This document shows, one piece after another, positions 9,557 through 18,969 of a stretch of 64,000 bases of DNA. Below the pieces are notes generated by a model, which had not been told where the DNA came from, did no database searches, and worked only from the letters and a program-made list of their open reading frames with translations. Both the position numbers and the translations under genes were made by a program. The DNA comes from Methanobacteriota archaeon (lineage in GTDB: Archaea; Halobacteriota; Bog-38; Methanoflorentales; Methanoflorentaceae). The stretch lies in contig OY970393.1 of NCBI GenBank assembly GCA_963720465.1, positions 1,504,001 to 1,568,000 on the forward strand. Direction: 5' to 3'. Within the stretch, counting starts at the first letter, position 1, and the number at the start of each line of letters is the position of its first letter.

Positions 9557-11734
9557 ATGGACGTAACGGATCTACCGGAGAAGATTGCGCGTTTTTACAC
9601 TCAGCCAGACTTCAAGGAGCTTTATCCGCCGCAAGCCGAGGCTCTGGATTGTGGACTGCTCAACGGCACGAGCATGGTGGTCGCGACACCCACCGCTTCC
9701 GGCAAGACGCTGCTGGCAGAATTCGCGATGCTCAATTCGATCGATAAAGGCGGCAAATGCCTTTACATCGTCCCCCTAAAGGCGCTCGCTTCAGAGAAGT
9801 TCGACCGATTCTCGCTATTTGCCGCGTCTGGCGTGCGAGTCGGAATCTCAACGGGAGACTACGACGTTCGTGACGACAATCTGGGACGTAACGATATTAT
9901 AGTCACCACTTCGGAAAAAGCAGATTCGCTGCTGCGAAACGGCGTTGCGTGGATGCATGCACTTAGCGTAGTCGTCGCGGACGAGATACATTTGTTGGAC
10001 TCGATAGATCGCGGTCCAACGCTCGAGGTAACGCTGACTAAGCTTAAGAGACTTAATCCGACAGCCCAAATTCTCGCGCTCAGTGCAACGGTTTCCAATG
10101 CCGACGAGATCGCGGCTTGGCTTGACGCGCAACTCATAAGAAGCGACTGGAGGCCCATCGCACTGCACGAAGGGCTTTATCTTCCTGAGCGCGCCCTTAT
10201 CGCGTTCATACACGACGCGTCACCGCGTAGCGTCGTAAAAAAAGCCGTTTCAGATGGAGCCACCGACCCGGCGATAGCACTTGCCATCGATACGCTACGA
10301 GAAGGCGGCCAATGCTTGATCTTCGTCAATACACGGAGAAATGCCGAAAGCCTTGCAAAGAGAATCGCAACGACGCTGCAATCGCAATGCGATGTCGACC
10401 GCGAGGAGCTTGCTTCGAAAATCCACGGGGAGACCGGGATTGTTGAGAAGCTCGCCTACTGCGTGAGGCGCGGGGCGGCATTTCACCACGCCGGGCTTCT
10501 CAGCGACCACCGGAAACTCGTCGAAACGTGGTTCCGCGCCAACCTTATCAAGGTCATCGTCTCGACGCCTACGCTCGCGTCGGGGCTCAACCTTCCTGCC
10601 CGAAGAGTCGTTATTAGAGATTACAAGCGTTACGACGCGAACTACGGCATGATGAACATTCCCGTGCTCGAATACAAGCAAATGGCCGGTCGCGCGGGGA
10701 GGCCCGGATTCGATGCGTACGGTGAGGCGGTTCTCATCGCCAAATCGCTGAGTGAGTGTGAGGCGCTCGCAGACCACTATATTCTCAGCGAGGCCGAAGA
10801 CGTTATTTCAAAACTTGGAACGGAGACGGCGCTTCGCATGCACGTTCTCTCGACCATTTCAAACGGTTTCGCGCACACGAGGGCTGCTCTCGAACAGTTC
10901 TTCGACGCGACGTTCTTCGGATTTCAGCAAAAGACGGGACTGAACCTCTTGCGATATGCGATTGACCGCGTTTTGGCATTTCTCGAAAATGAAGAGATGA
11001 TTGTCGACTCTAGCGGGCGTGGCCAGGCGACGACTTTTGGGCATCTGGTATCACGACTCTATGTCGATCCGCTGACTGCGGTGAAGATACGAAGAGGACT
11101 AAACAACGCCGAGACGGTCAGCGACGTATCGCTGCTCCACCTAATCTGTTCCACCCCGGACGTTAAGCGCCTGTTCATGCGAAGCAAGGATTACCGCGTG
11201 GTAACTGAATTTGTCAATCAGCATCTCGATGAGTTCCTAGATGAGATTCCTGATCGATTCAGAGACGTCGATTACGACTGGTTCCTCTCTGAGGTAAAAA
11301 CGGCGATGCTCGTTAACGACTGGATAACCGAAGTAAGCGAGAAAGAGCTCACTGAAAGCTACAACGTCGGGCCAGGCGACATCAGAAATCTCGTCGATAC
11401 GGTGCAGTGGGTGAGTCACGCGCTCGCCGAGCTCGCGACCTATCTCAAGGTTCCGGCAAGGAAACAAGCCCGGGAGCTTACAGCGCGCATTCAGTTTGGT
11501 ATCAATCGCGAGCTTCTCGATCTCGTGCAACTGAAAAATATCGGCCGGGTCCGTGCTCGAAAACTGCACGATGCAGGTCTCACAAGCCGAAAAGAGCTCA
11601 AAAATGCTCCTTTTGAACAGGTGGCGGCGCTTGTTGGTCCTGCGGTCGCGTCAGACGTCTTTGCGCAACTCGGCGAACACCGTGGCGTTCTTGATCGAAA
11701 GGATCGAGGGGATACGTTTCTCACAGACGAGTGA
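9557..11734 (+). CDS. hel308: ATP-dependent DNA helicase Hel308 (Ski2-like)
   Basis: PTASGKT, DEIH, LSAT, FHHAGL, QMAGRAGRPG, C-terminal IGRVRARKL HhH. Confidence 0.95.
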   Translation: MDVTDLPEKIARFYTQPDFKELYPPQAEALDCGLLNGTSMVVATPTASGKTLLAEFAMLNSIDKGGKCLYIVPLKALASEKFDRFSLFAASGVRVGISTGDYDVRDDNLGRNDIIVTTSEKADSLLRNGVAWMHALSVVVADEIHLLDSIDRGPTLEVTLTKLKRLNPTAQILALSATVSNADEIAAWLDAQLIRSDWRPIALHEGLYLPERALIAFIHDASPRSVVKKAVSDGATDPAIALAIDTLREGGQCLIFVNTRRNAESLAKRIATTLQSQCDVDREELASKIHGETGIVEKLAYCVRRGAAFHHAGLLSDHRKLVETWFRANLIKVIVSTPTLASGLNLPARRVVIRDYKRYDANYGMMNIPVLEYKQMAGRAGRPGFDAYGEAVLIAKSLSECEALADHYILSEAEDVISKLGTETALRMHVLSTISNGFAHTRAALEQFFDATFFGFQQKTGLNLLRYAIDRVLAFLENEEMIVDSSGRGQATTFGHLVSRLYVDPLTAVKIRRGLNNAETVSDVSLLHLICSTPDVKRLFMRSKDYRVVTEFVNQHLDEFLDEIPDRFRDVDYDWFLSEVKTAMLVNDWITEVSEKELTESYNVGPGDIRNLVDTVQWVSHALAELATYLKVPARKQARELTARIQFGINRELLDLVQLKNIGRVRARKLHDAGLTSRKELKNAPFEQVAALVGPAVASDVFAQLGEHRGVLDRKDRGDTFLTDE

Positions 11735-11742
11735 GTTAGCCC

Positions 11743-12258
11743 ATGCAATATGACATTGTGGCAGGAAAAATCACTATAGAGAACGTCCAGGCTTTTTTGA
11801 GGGAACTTGACGCCATTGCGCAGTCAAGCAACACAACAATTCAAGCCGCCGACGCCACAAAAATCGCCGGGCGGCGGCACGTTGACTGTGCGGTACGCAA
11901 CGCCATTCGGTCGTTTCGCGATCATCAAAACATCGCTACGGACCTTGGCGTCGAAATCCTCCTGCACTTGAGCGCTTGCCGGCAGATACGAAAGGCGCTT
12001 GAAATGGGCGTTCACGAAGGGGAGATGGACGTGTTGTTGATTGTCGTTGGTGCGAAGAGATCAGTTGAAAGAACTGCGACGCGGCTCACGGGGTTAATAC
12101 GCTCAGACCCGCGGGTTATGGAGTACGATGAAACAAAAAACACGCCATTAATGCACGCGTTTAATATCACCAAGCAGGAGATTGCAGCTGCCGGCGGGGA
12201 CGCGAGAATACCAGACCTGGTGCGAGAGCGCTTAGTGCTTTTTGATGTGTTCAGATAA
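11743..12258 (+). CDS. cgi121: KEOPS complex subunit Cgi121
   Basis: EILLHLSACRQIRKALEMGV motif; directly downstream of hel308. Confidence 0.88.
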   Translation: MQYDIVAGKITIENVQAFLRELDAIAQSSNTTIQAADATKIAGRRHVDCAVRNAIRSFRDHQNIATDLGVEILLHLSACRQIRKALEMGVHEGEMDVLLIVVGAKRSVERTATRLTGLIRSDPRVMEYDETKNTPLMHAFNITKQEIAAAGGDARIPDLVRERLVLFDVFR

Positions 12259-12371
12259 CCCAACAAGCTTTTGCAGCGCCGTGCTTGTCGGCTTCATCTG
12301 CGTCAAACAGCACTTTGACCACCCCGGCCCTAACGTTGGCAGCGACGCCGCCGAGCACGTGAAGCAATCTA

Positions 12372-13112
12372 TCAGGGCGCGCGTACGTTGACCCACAGGT
12401 GCAATTCGTAGGTCTTGTCAAATGAATCAACGAGCGTGAACTTCAGCTTCTGCTTTTCGCCTAAGGAAGTGACCGAGATAGATATAGGCCGTTCAACGTT
12501 TTGCCCTTGGATCAGCGTCAGATTGTCGAAACGATAGAGTGTTGAATTGCCTAGCGACACCGTACCTGCATAGGTGTCGCTCGCGTTCTCGTGGTTGGTG
12601 ATGCCGAGGATCAGAGTAAACGCCGTTCCCGAAGTCACATTTGTGGGATATGCGACGGTCTGTCGGTTGCTATCCAACACATAGAACTCGCTGTAGCTGG
12701 CTTCGTTCGGGTGGGGAGCTAACAGGAGCGTCGTGCCAACCAAGGCGAGACAAAGACAAATTGCGGCTCCCACTGCCGATAGTACGATCGGGTTGCCTGC
12801 GCTGACGACGAGTCGGTCAGACTGCGGAAAGCGTCGCCACCGCGCGAACGCTGATGCTGCGAACACCGCCACGAGCGCAGACATTGAGAGTGCGAGCGTC
12901 GTAAAATCTAATCCGACGGTCATCAGAAGAACAGCGCCGTCAGCAATTGAAACAAGAACGCTAGTAATAACCGCCGCCGAGACTCTCTCCAGACTCCGCA
13001 AGTCTTGTTTTTTCGGAAACAACACAACGGTTAGCAAGAAACCAGGAATGAAAAAGAACAGTGCTGCCCCTATCAGCAGCCGAAAAACAGACAAAACAAC
13101 GGTATCCATCAT
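12372..13112 (-). CDS. DUF1616-domain membrane protein
   Basis: FFIPGF...LFP...ER, SEFYVL, YPT, GITNHE, C-terminal LHLWVNV. Confidence 0.85.
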   Translation of the reverse strand: MMDTVVLSVFRLLIGAALFFFIPGFLLTVVLFPKKQDLRSLERVSAAVITSVLVSIADGAVLLMTVGLDFTTLALSMSALVAVFAASAFARWRRFPQSDRLVVSAGNPIVLSAVGAAICLCLALVGTTLLLAPHPNEASYSEFYVLDSNRQTVAYPTNVTSGTAFTLILGITNHENASDTYAGTVSLGNSTLYRFDNLTLIQGQNVERPISISVTSLGEKQKLKFTLVDSFDKTYELHLWVNVRAP

Positions 13113-13316
13113 GCCCCTACCAAATCGTCGCGGTATTTATCTCTATCAAAGATAGACAAGTCGCGCCTATATAGTTAATCTCAGACGACAATTGGGCAAC
13201 AACGTGGGCACACTGGACCTTTGTTCGACCTAATGAACCAAAACACAAGACTTAAGCTCAAAAAGTAAAGCCTTACTCCAATAACGTTTCCCGACAGCAG
13301 ACCCATCAAACCTAAG

Positions 13317-13880
13317 ATAGTTGTTCCGACCCTCAATGAAGAGGCGACTCGGCCAGGTGATTGAGGTTCCTGTTCGCGTGCTATCGGACGAGGGTTACCC
13401 CCCGCTATATATACCATTGACGGATACTCGAAGACGCTACGCAGCAAAAAGCCCTTGAAAAAGATTAGTGCTGCCTGTTAAGCGGCCGGGGAAGTGATCG
13501 GCAGTTCGTGTTTGCGTCTGTTCGCGCACGGCGTCATTCTTGGCGCACGGATTAAGGGCGCATCGAGGGAGGGGCATGACATGACACGTACCAACGTTTT
13601 TTGGAACCGGGTGCTTACTGGCGTGGCTCGGATGCTCTTAAAAGAGGACATAGCTGTGACTTGTGCACGAGATTCTTGGGTACCTCGGGTACGTCGTCGT
13701 CCGCATAGACCTTGTCGCACAGGGAATTCTGATTGAAGCAGACATGTTTATTGAATATGCGGTCACGTCCTTGGCATAGGGAAAATGGCGATAGACTACG
13801 GCAAACGCGCAGATCGACCCAAGGTACGAGCCATCAGCGACGGGCTGAAGATAGCATCTCTCTCACTGAAGCGATGGATG
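13317..13880 (+). pseudogene. Decayed GT2 (DPM1-like) glycosyltransferase
   Basis: Frameshifted fragments in the expected order: IVVPTLNEEAT, IYTIDGYS..DAT, GVILGARIKG...NRVLT, IEADMFIE, IDYGKRADRPKVRAISDGLKI. Confidence 0.75.
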
Positions 13881-15070
13881 GCTCCGAGCGGGAGGCGAGC
13901 ACTATAAAGATCGCGTACGTGATGGATGCAATTTATCCCTACAACATGGGGGGCGCGGACAAGCGCCTGTGGGAACTCGCGCGCAAGCTCGCCGAAAACG
14001 GAGAACACGAGGTCCACATTTACGGCATGAAATGGTGGCAGGGAGCTGATACAATCGTCACGGACAACGTTCACCTCCACGGCGTGTGTGAGGTTCGCGA
14101 ACTGTACAGCAAGCAGGGCGTCCGCTCGATCACCGAGGCTCTCACCTACTCGTTGAGGGTCTTGCCGGCCTTGCTGAAGGCGGATTGCGACGTTATCGAC
14201 TGCAACCAATTCCCTTACTTTCCATGCTTGGCGGGCAAAGTTGCCTCAATCGTAAAAAGAAAACCATTAGTGGTCACGTGGCTCGAGGTATGGGACACCT
14301 ATTGGTGGGACTATCTTGGACCGATCCGCGGCAGCATCGGTAGAATTGTTGAAAGACTGACGATGCGGCTCCCTGATGGTATCGTAGCGATATCGAACAA
14401 GACGAGAGACGACCTGATACGGTGTCACGTCAAACCCGAACGCATCGACGTCATTCCCGTCGGCATCGATCTTGAGCGCATTACGATGATCGCGCCTGCG
14501 TCGACGACGACCGACGTGCTGTTTGCGGGAAGACTCATCAGTGAAAAACGCGTCGATCTCTTGCTGAACGCGATTGCGATTGCGCGAACGAAGGTTCCTA
14601 CCATTAGGTGCGCGATTATCGGAGACGGTCCGGAGCGAACCTCGCTCGAAGACCTAGCGTCAAAGCTTGGACTCGACGAGAACGTCACTTTTACGGGCTT
14701 TGTCGATCAAGACGGACTCACCGCGTTCATGAAATCATCGAAGGTATTCGTTCTCCCTTCCGAGCGCGAAGGGTTTGGCCTCGTTATCATCGAGGCAAAT
14801 GCATGCAAGTTGCCGGTGATCAGCATAAGTCACGAAATGAGCGCCGTCCGGGAACTTGTTCAAGACGGCGTCAATGGTTTCCTCGTCAGCCGCGGCTCGC
14901 CCGATGAAATCGCCGACGTTATTTTGAAGCTCATCAGCGACGACGCACTGCGTGAACAACTGGCTGAAAACGGATTTGAAATGTCAAAGAAATTCGCGTG
15001 GTCAGATATCTCAAAAAGCATTATAGATACCTACGCGAAACTGATGAGCAACCGAAGGCCAGCCAGATGA
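13874..15070 (+). CDS. Glycosyltransferase family 4
   Basis: YPYNMGGAD, FAGRLISEKRVD, LPSEREGFGLVIIEANAC. Confidence 0.92.
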   Translation: MDGSEREASTIKIAYVMDAIYPYNMGGADKRLWELARKLAENGEHEVHIYGMKWWQGADTIVTDNVHLHGVCEVRELYSKQGVRSITEALTYSLRVLPALLKADCDVIDCNQFPYFPCLAGKVASIVKRKPLVVTWLEVWDTYWWDYLGPIRGSIGRIVERLTMRLPDGIVAISNKTRDDLIRCHVKPERIDVIPVGIDLERITMIAPASTTTDVLFAGRLISEKRVDLLLNAIAIARTKVPTIRCAIIGDGPERTSLEDLASKLGLDENVTFTGFVDQDGLTAFMKSSKVFVLPSEREGFGLVIIEANACKLPVISISHEMSAVRELVQDGVNGFLVSRGSPDEIADVILKLISDDALREQLAENGFEMSKKFAWSDISKSIIDTYAKLMSNRRPAR

Positions 15071-15146
15071 CTACGTACCACTTCTTCCTGTGCCGATCAC
15101 GTGGCGGCAACAGCTCATTCCTGAACAGGCGCGAGTGCAACCCGGT

Positions 15147-16268
15147 ATGAAAGCGCTAATTGCTACGCCGTACTATTCCGGCGTGGGAGGGCTTCAGCAG
15201 TACACGTACAGAATCGCAGTCGGCTTGCACAACGCAGGAGTCGACACGACAGTCATAACCTGTTCACGCGTCCTCGACGAGTCTGGCCCGACGGTTTTCA
15301 CGCTTCCCCGACTTGCGACGGTGTCCAACACCCCGTTCAGTTTGCGCTGGTTTGGATCGATAAAGAAAGTTATCGACCATGTTGATCCCGACGTGGTGAA
15401 CGGACATTTGCCCGTCCCGTATATGGCTGACATCGCCGCCCGAGTCACTCGCGATAGGCCGTTCGTCTTGACCTACCACAATGACGCGGTGGGAATAAAT
15501 ACGACGACCAAGCTCCTGGTAATGGCCTATTATCGCTTCCTGGGCAGGGGCACCATTCGCCGCGCCAGTTGGATCATAACGACCTCTCAATACTACGCCG
15601 CGCATTCTCCGTTTCTCGAAGGTTACCTCAGCAAAACGTCCGCCGTGCCTCCCGGTGTGGACGTCGCGACATTCAATCCGGCAGTCGACTCCAACCACAT
15701 AAGAAACAAGTACGGCCCCAACGGGCACATTATCCTTTTCGTCGGTCAGCTAAGCAAAGCCCACCGACACAAAGGGCTCCCTATTCTTATCCGTGCGCTC
15801 CGAAGTCTTGACCCAAACGTTACCCTCGTGGTTGTCGGCGATGGAAACTGGCGCTCGCACTACGCCACGTATGCGCGGCGTATCGGAGTTCAAGGCCGGG
15901 TGGTATTCGCCGGGCTCATACCCGAGGAGGAGATGCCTCTTTATTATCGGGGAGCGGATCTCACGGTGCTCCCCACGCTCACCGATGCCGAAGGGTTCGG
16001 GATGGTTTTGGCTGAGGCAAACGCTTGCGGCAGACCAGTTATCGGTACGAACGTTGGAGGCATCCCGTCAGTGATCCAAGATCACTACAATGGATTCCTA
16101 GTTCAGCCGGGCGATCTGCACGGACTTGTGGAAGCAATACGAGCGGTGCTGAGCGATGAAAAGCTGGCAGACAGGATGGGCCACAATGGTTATCAGATGG
16201 TTAAGAGTCAGTTTACCTGGGCTCATGCGATTGCCCGGACTATGGAAGTATACGATGGCTTAATATGA
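15147..16268 (+). CDS. Glycosyltransferase family 4
   Basis: PYYSGVGGLQ, FVGQL...HKG, EGFGMVLAEANACGRPVI. Confidence 0.92.
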   Translation: MKALIATPYYSGVGGLQQYTYRIAVGLHNAGVDTTVITCSRVLDESGPTVFTLPRLATVSNTPFSLRWFGSIKKVIDHVDPDVVNGHLPVPYMADIAARVTRDRPFVLTYHNDAVGINTTTKLLVMAYYRFLGRGTIRRASWIITTSQYYAAHSPFLEGYLSKTSAVPPGVDVATFNPAVDSNHIRNKYGPNGHIILFVGQLSKAHRHKGLPILIRALRSLDPNVTLVVVGDGNWRSHYATYARRIGVQGRVVFAGLIPEEEMPLYYRGADLTVLPTLTDAEGFGMVLAEANACGRPVIGTNVGGIPSVIQDHYNGFLVQPGDLHGLVEAIRAVLSDEKLADRMGHNGYQMVKSQFTWAHAIARTMEVYDGLI

Positions 16269-16332
16269 GCTCAGTTGAAAAGAATAGACTGAAGCGTCCG
16301 ACCGGCTCTTTTGAATCGTAGCCCTCGAGGTT

Positions 16333-17535
16333 GTGTTCGTGAAAATCTGCATGGTCTCTAATCTTTACCCACCCTACATTCACGGTGGCGCTGAGCTGTA
16401 TGTCTCCCACATCTCAGAGAGGCTCAGCGAACGTCACGATATCTCTGTGATAACTGCTGTCCCCTTTGGCCAAAACGGATCGTCAACTCGCGACAAAGTA
16501 GGCGAGCGAAAAGAAGCCGTGTACCGATTTTACCCGTTAAACCTTTACTCGAACTATTACTATTCGCGCAAACCCGGCTTTATCAAGCCACTCTGGCACG
16601 CGTTTGATGTCTGGAATCCACACGCATACGCCTTCATAAAGGACGTGCTGAAGCATGAGCGGCCAGACCTCGTGCACGTGCACAATTTCAAGGGGTTGTC
16701 TGCGTCTGTTTTTAGTGCCGCTAAGGATCTTGGTGTTCCCACGGTTCACACCGTGCACGACTACGCCCTCGTTTGTCCCAAGACGACGCTGCTGACGAGA
16801 GCTAATGCCTCGTGCGTGAATGCTCGACGCCCGTGTCGGGTCTATCGCTCGTTTGGCAAACGAATCGATCCGGCTGTCGTTATCGCCCCGTCTGACTTTG
16901 TGCTTAACACCCTTTCCAGCTTCGGGCTGTTCGCAGACGTACGAAAGCTGAAACTTCCCCTTGGCATACCGGAAAGTGAGCCCGTCGTGAAGGTGAACAA
17001 TGGCACGTTTGACATACTCTACGTCGGCCGTCTGGGAAAACACAAGGGGGTGCACTGCCTCATCGAATCCGTGAAGGGCTTAGATCTCAAAAATGCACGA
17101 CTGCACGTCATTGGTCAGGGCAGTGACGGGGCGCGTTTCCAGCGCGCTGCGGGCGATGATGGGCGAATCGTCTTCTATGGATTTTTAGCGCCTGATACGC
17201 TGCGGCAGCTTTACAGCATCGCTGATGTGGCTGTCGTGCCGTCCATCTACGCGGAGACGTTCGGACTCGTGATACCCGAGTACTATCAACACGGGATCCC
17301 GGTCATAGGAAGCCGGACAGGCGCAATTCCTGAACTCATCGAAGACGGGTACAACGGTTTCCTGTTTCCGCCCGGTGACGTTGAGGCCCTCACTTCGCTT
17401 CTACAAATGCTTTCGTCTGATTCGACTCTCCTCAGCGAAATGAGCAAAAACGCGCGGACATCGGCCAGAACCTTTGACTTGAACGTCCACGTCCAGAAAC
17501 TCGAAGAAATATACAAAGAGGTCGCCTCACGCTAA
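16333..17535 (+). CDS. Glycosyltransferase family 4
   Basis: YPPYIHGGAE, HDYALVCP, YVGRLGKHKG, ETFGLVIPE. Confidence 0.92.
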   Translation: MFVKICMVSNLYPPYIHGGAELYVSHISERLSERHDISVITAVPFGQNGSSTRDKVGERKEAVYRFYPLNLYSNYYYSRKPGFIKPLWHAFDVWNPHAYAFIKDVLKHERPDLVHVHNFKGLSASVFSAAKDLGVPTVHTVHDYALVCPKTTLLTRANASCVNARRPCRVYRSFGKRIDPAVVIAPSDFVLNTLSSFGLFADVRKLKLPLGIPESEPVVKVNNGTFDILYVGRLGKHKGVHCLIESVKGLDLKNARLHVIGQGSDGARFQRAAGDDGRIVFYGFLAPDTLRQLYSIADVAVVPSIYAETFGLVIPEYYQHGIPVIGSRTGAIPELIEDGYNGFLFPPGDVEALTSLLQMLSSDSTLLSEMSKNARTSARTFDLNVHVQKLEEIYKEVASR

Positions 17536-18675
17536 GGCCGCCCCCTCACACACGCTAACCACGCGTTGTGCAACATTATCCCAGGCAAAAAGCGTAACCG
17601 CACGTCGCCTTGCGGCCGCCCCCATTCGTTTCACTCGCCGGTCATCCTGGAGCAAATCGATGAGCGCCGCAGCGAGAACGCCTGCGTCTCCGGGAGCGAC
17701 GAGCACCCCAGAGCTTTTGTCAACGAGTTCTGGGATCGCTCCAACAGCCGTTCCGATCACGGGCGTTCCGCACGCCATCGATTCGAGCGCCGGCTTGCTA
17801 AATCCCTCGATCAGTGAGGGCACCACCGTCACGATGGCGCGCTGATAGAGCGCGATAAGATCGTGCTGTGAAACGGAATCAACAAACTTGACCACGTCGG
17901 TTACATCGAGCGCGCGTGCGTGTGCCAACATCCGTTGCTTCAATCGTTGCGAGTCTTTGCCAATAATAACAAGCTCAACCGGAGTGACGCGCTGGGCCGC
18001 TGCGAGCGCCTCGATCAAGTACGCAATCCCTTTTCTCGCCTCAAGTCCCCGAGCGACACACACAACGAGCGGTTTCTCAGCCACAACGCCCTCGGTCGGC
18101 GCGTCTGCAGGTGTGAAAAGGTTCACGTCAACACCATTGGGTATGACTCTCAGCTTCTCCGCGTGTTCCGGATACCGCGCGAGCGCCTGCGCCATCGTGT
18201 CGCTGCTGTCGCAGATAATTGCCTGAGCCCTTCTTAATGCGCGCTTTTCGAGCGCGGCAAGCAACGTGATTGCTATGCGCGATCTCGACAGTGGTAACTG
18301 TTTCAGCTCTGACGAGGGCAGGTGGTGCAGAATCTGTACGAGAGGAGCGTTGCGATGCACTGCCACCCCCTGCGAAAGGTCGTTAATCAGATGTACGTCG
18401 CACGCCTCGCATGGCGTAGGAGCGAACGCGTAGTAGTAAAAGGCCGCAACCCCGTGACTTCTCAATAGCCGAGGGAGCGGTCGGTATCTCGCATTTGGCA
18501 CTCCCGCTCCAAACCAAGCTGCAGCGAAGGCGTCTGGCGGAGTCTGATATGCGTCGCAGCTATGCACGGTGAGGTGGCAGAGTGGTGCCAGCCAACGACT
18601 CAGCTCTAGCGCGTAAATGCCCGCACCGCCGATAAGGTTCCGGTCGTATTCGAAGGTTGATACTGCTATTCTCAC
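17527..18675 (-). CDS. Glycosyltransferase family 4
   Basis: IGGAG, IPNGVD, RKG, PSLIEGFSKPALESMACGTPV. Confidence 0.9.
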   Translation of the reverse strand: MRIAVSTFEYDRNLIGGAGIYALELSRWLAPLCHLTVHSCDAYQTPPDAFAAAWFGAGVPNARYRPLPRLLRSHGVAAFYYYAFAPTPCEACDVHLINDLSQGVAVHRNAPLVQILHHLPSSELKQLPLSRSRIAITLLAALEKRALRRAQAIICDSSDTMAQALARYPEHAEKLRVIPNGVDVNLFTPADAPTEGVVAEKPLVVCVARGLEARKGIAYLIEALAAAQRVTPVELVIIGKDSQRLKQRMLAHARALDVTDVVKFVDSVSQHDLIALYQRAIVTVVPSLIEGFSKPALESMACGTPVIGTAVGAIPELVDKSSGVLVAPGDAGVLAAALIDLLQDDRRVKRMGAAARRRAVTLFAWDNVAQRVVSVCEGAALA

Positions 18676-18699
18676 ACGCGTGCCTCTTCTGTCGTCCCT

Positions 18700-18870
18700 T
18701 TTTTGTTGCGCGACATAAGCTCACGTTGCCGATTATGCTCCTAATGACGCTCTCGTCTTTTCGTGAACGTCCTCAGCACGATGAAGGTAACGAAATACAT
18801 CCAGACCGCAATCCCGAATATGATGAATAGGTTGATCAGCCTCAGATAATACACGACGATCGCCATGAAG
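18700..18870 (-). pseudogene. Probable C-terminal remnant of a polysaccharide flippase (Wzx-like)
   Basis: MAIVVYYLRLINLFIIFGIAVWMYFVTFIVLRTFTK, then after a frameshift DESVIRSII; resembles the last two helices of archaeal flippases. Confidence 0.4.
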
Positions 18871-18969
18871 CACTCAATTTGCCCGCACCGAACCCCGACA
18901 AGTGGTAAACGTGTAACACCTCATACTTGATAAAGCATATATAATCGGAAAAGTATAGAAGGCCCAAAT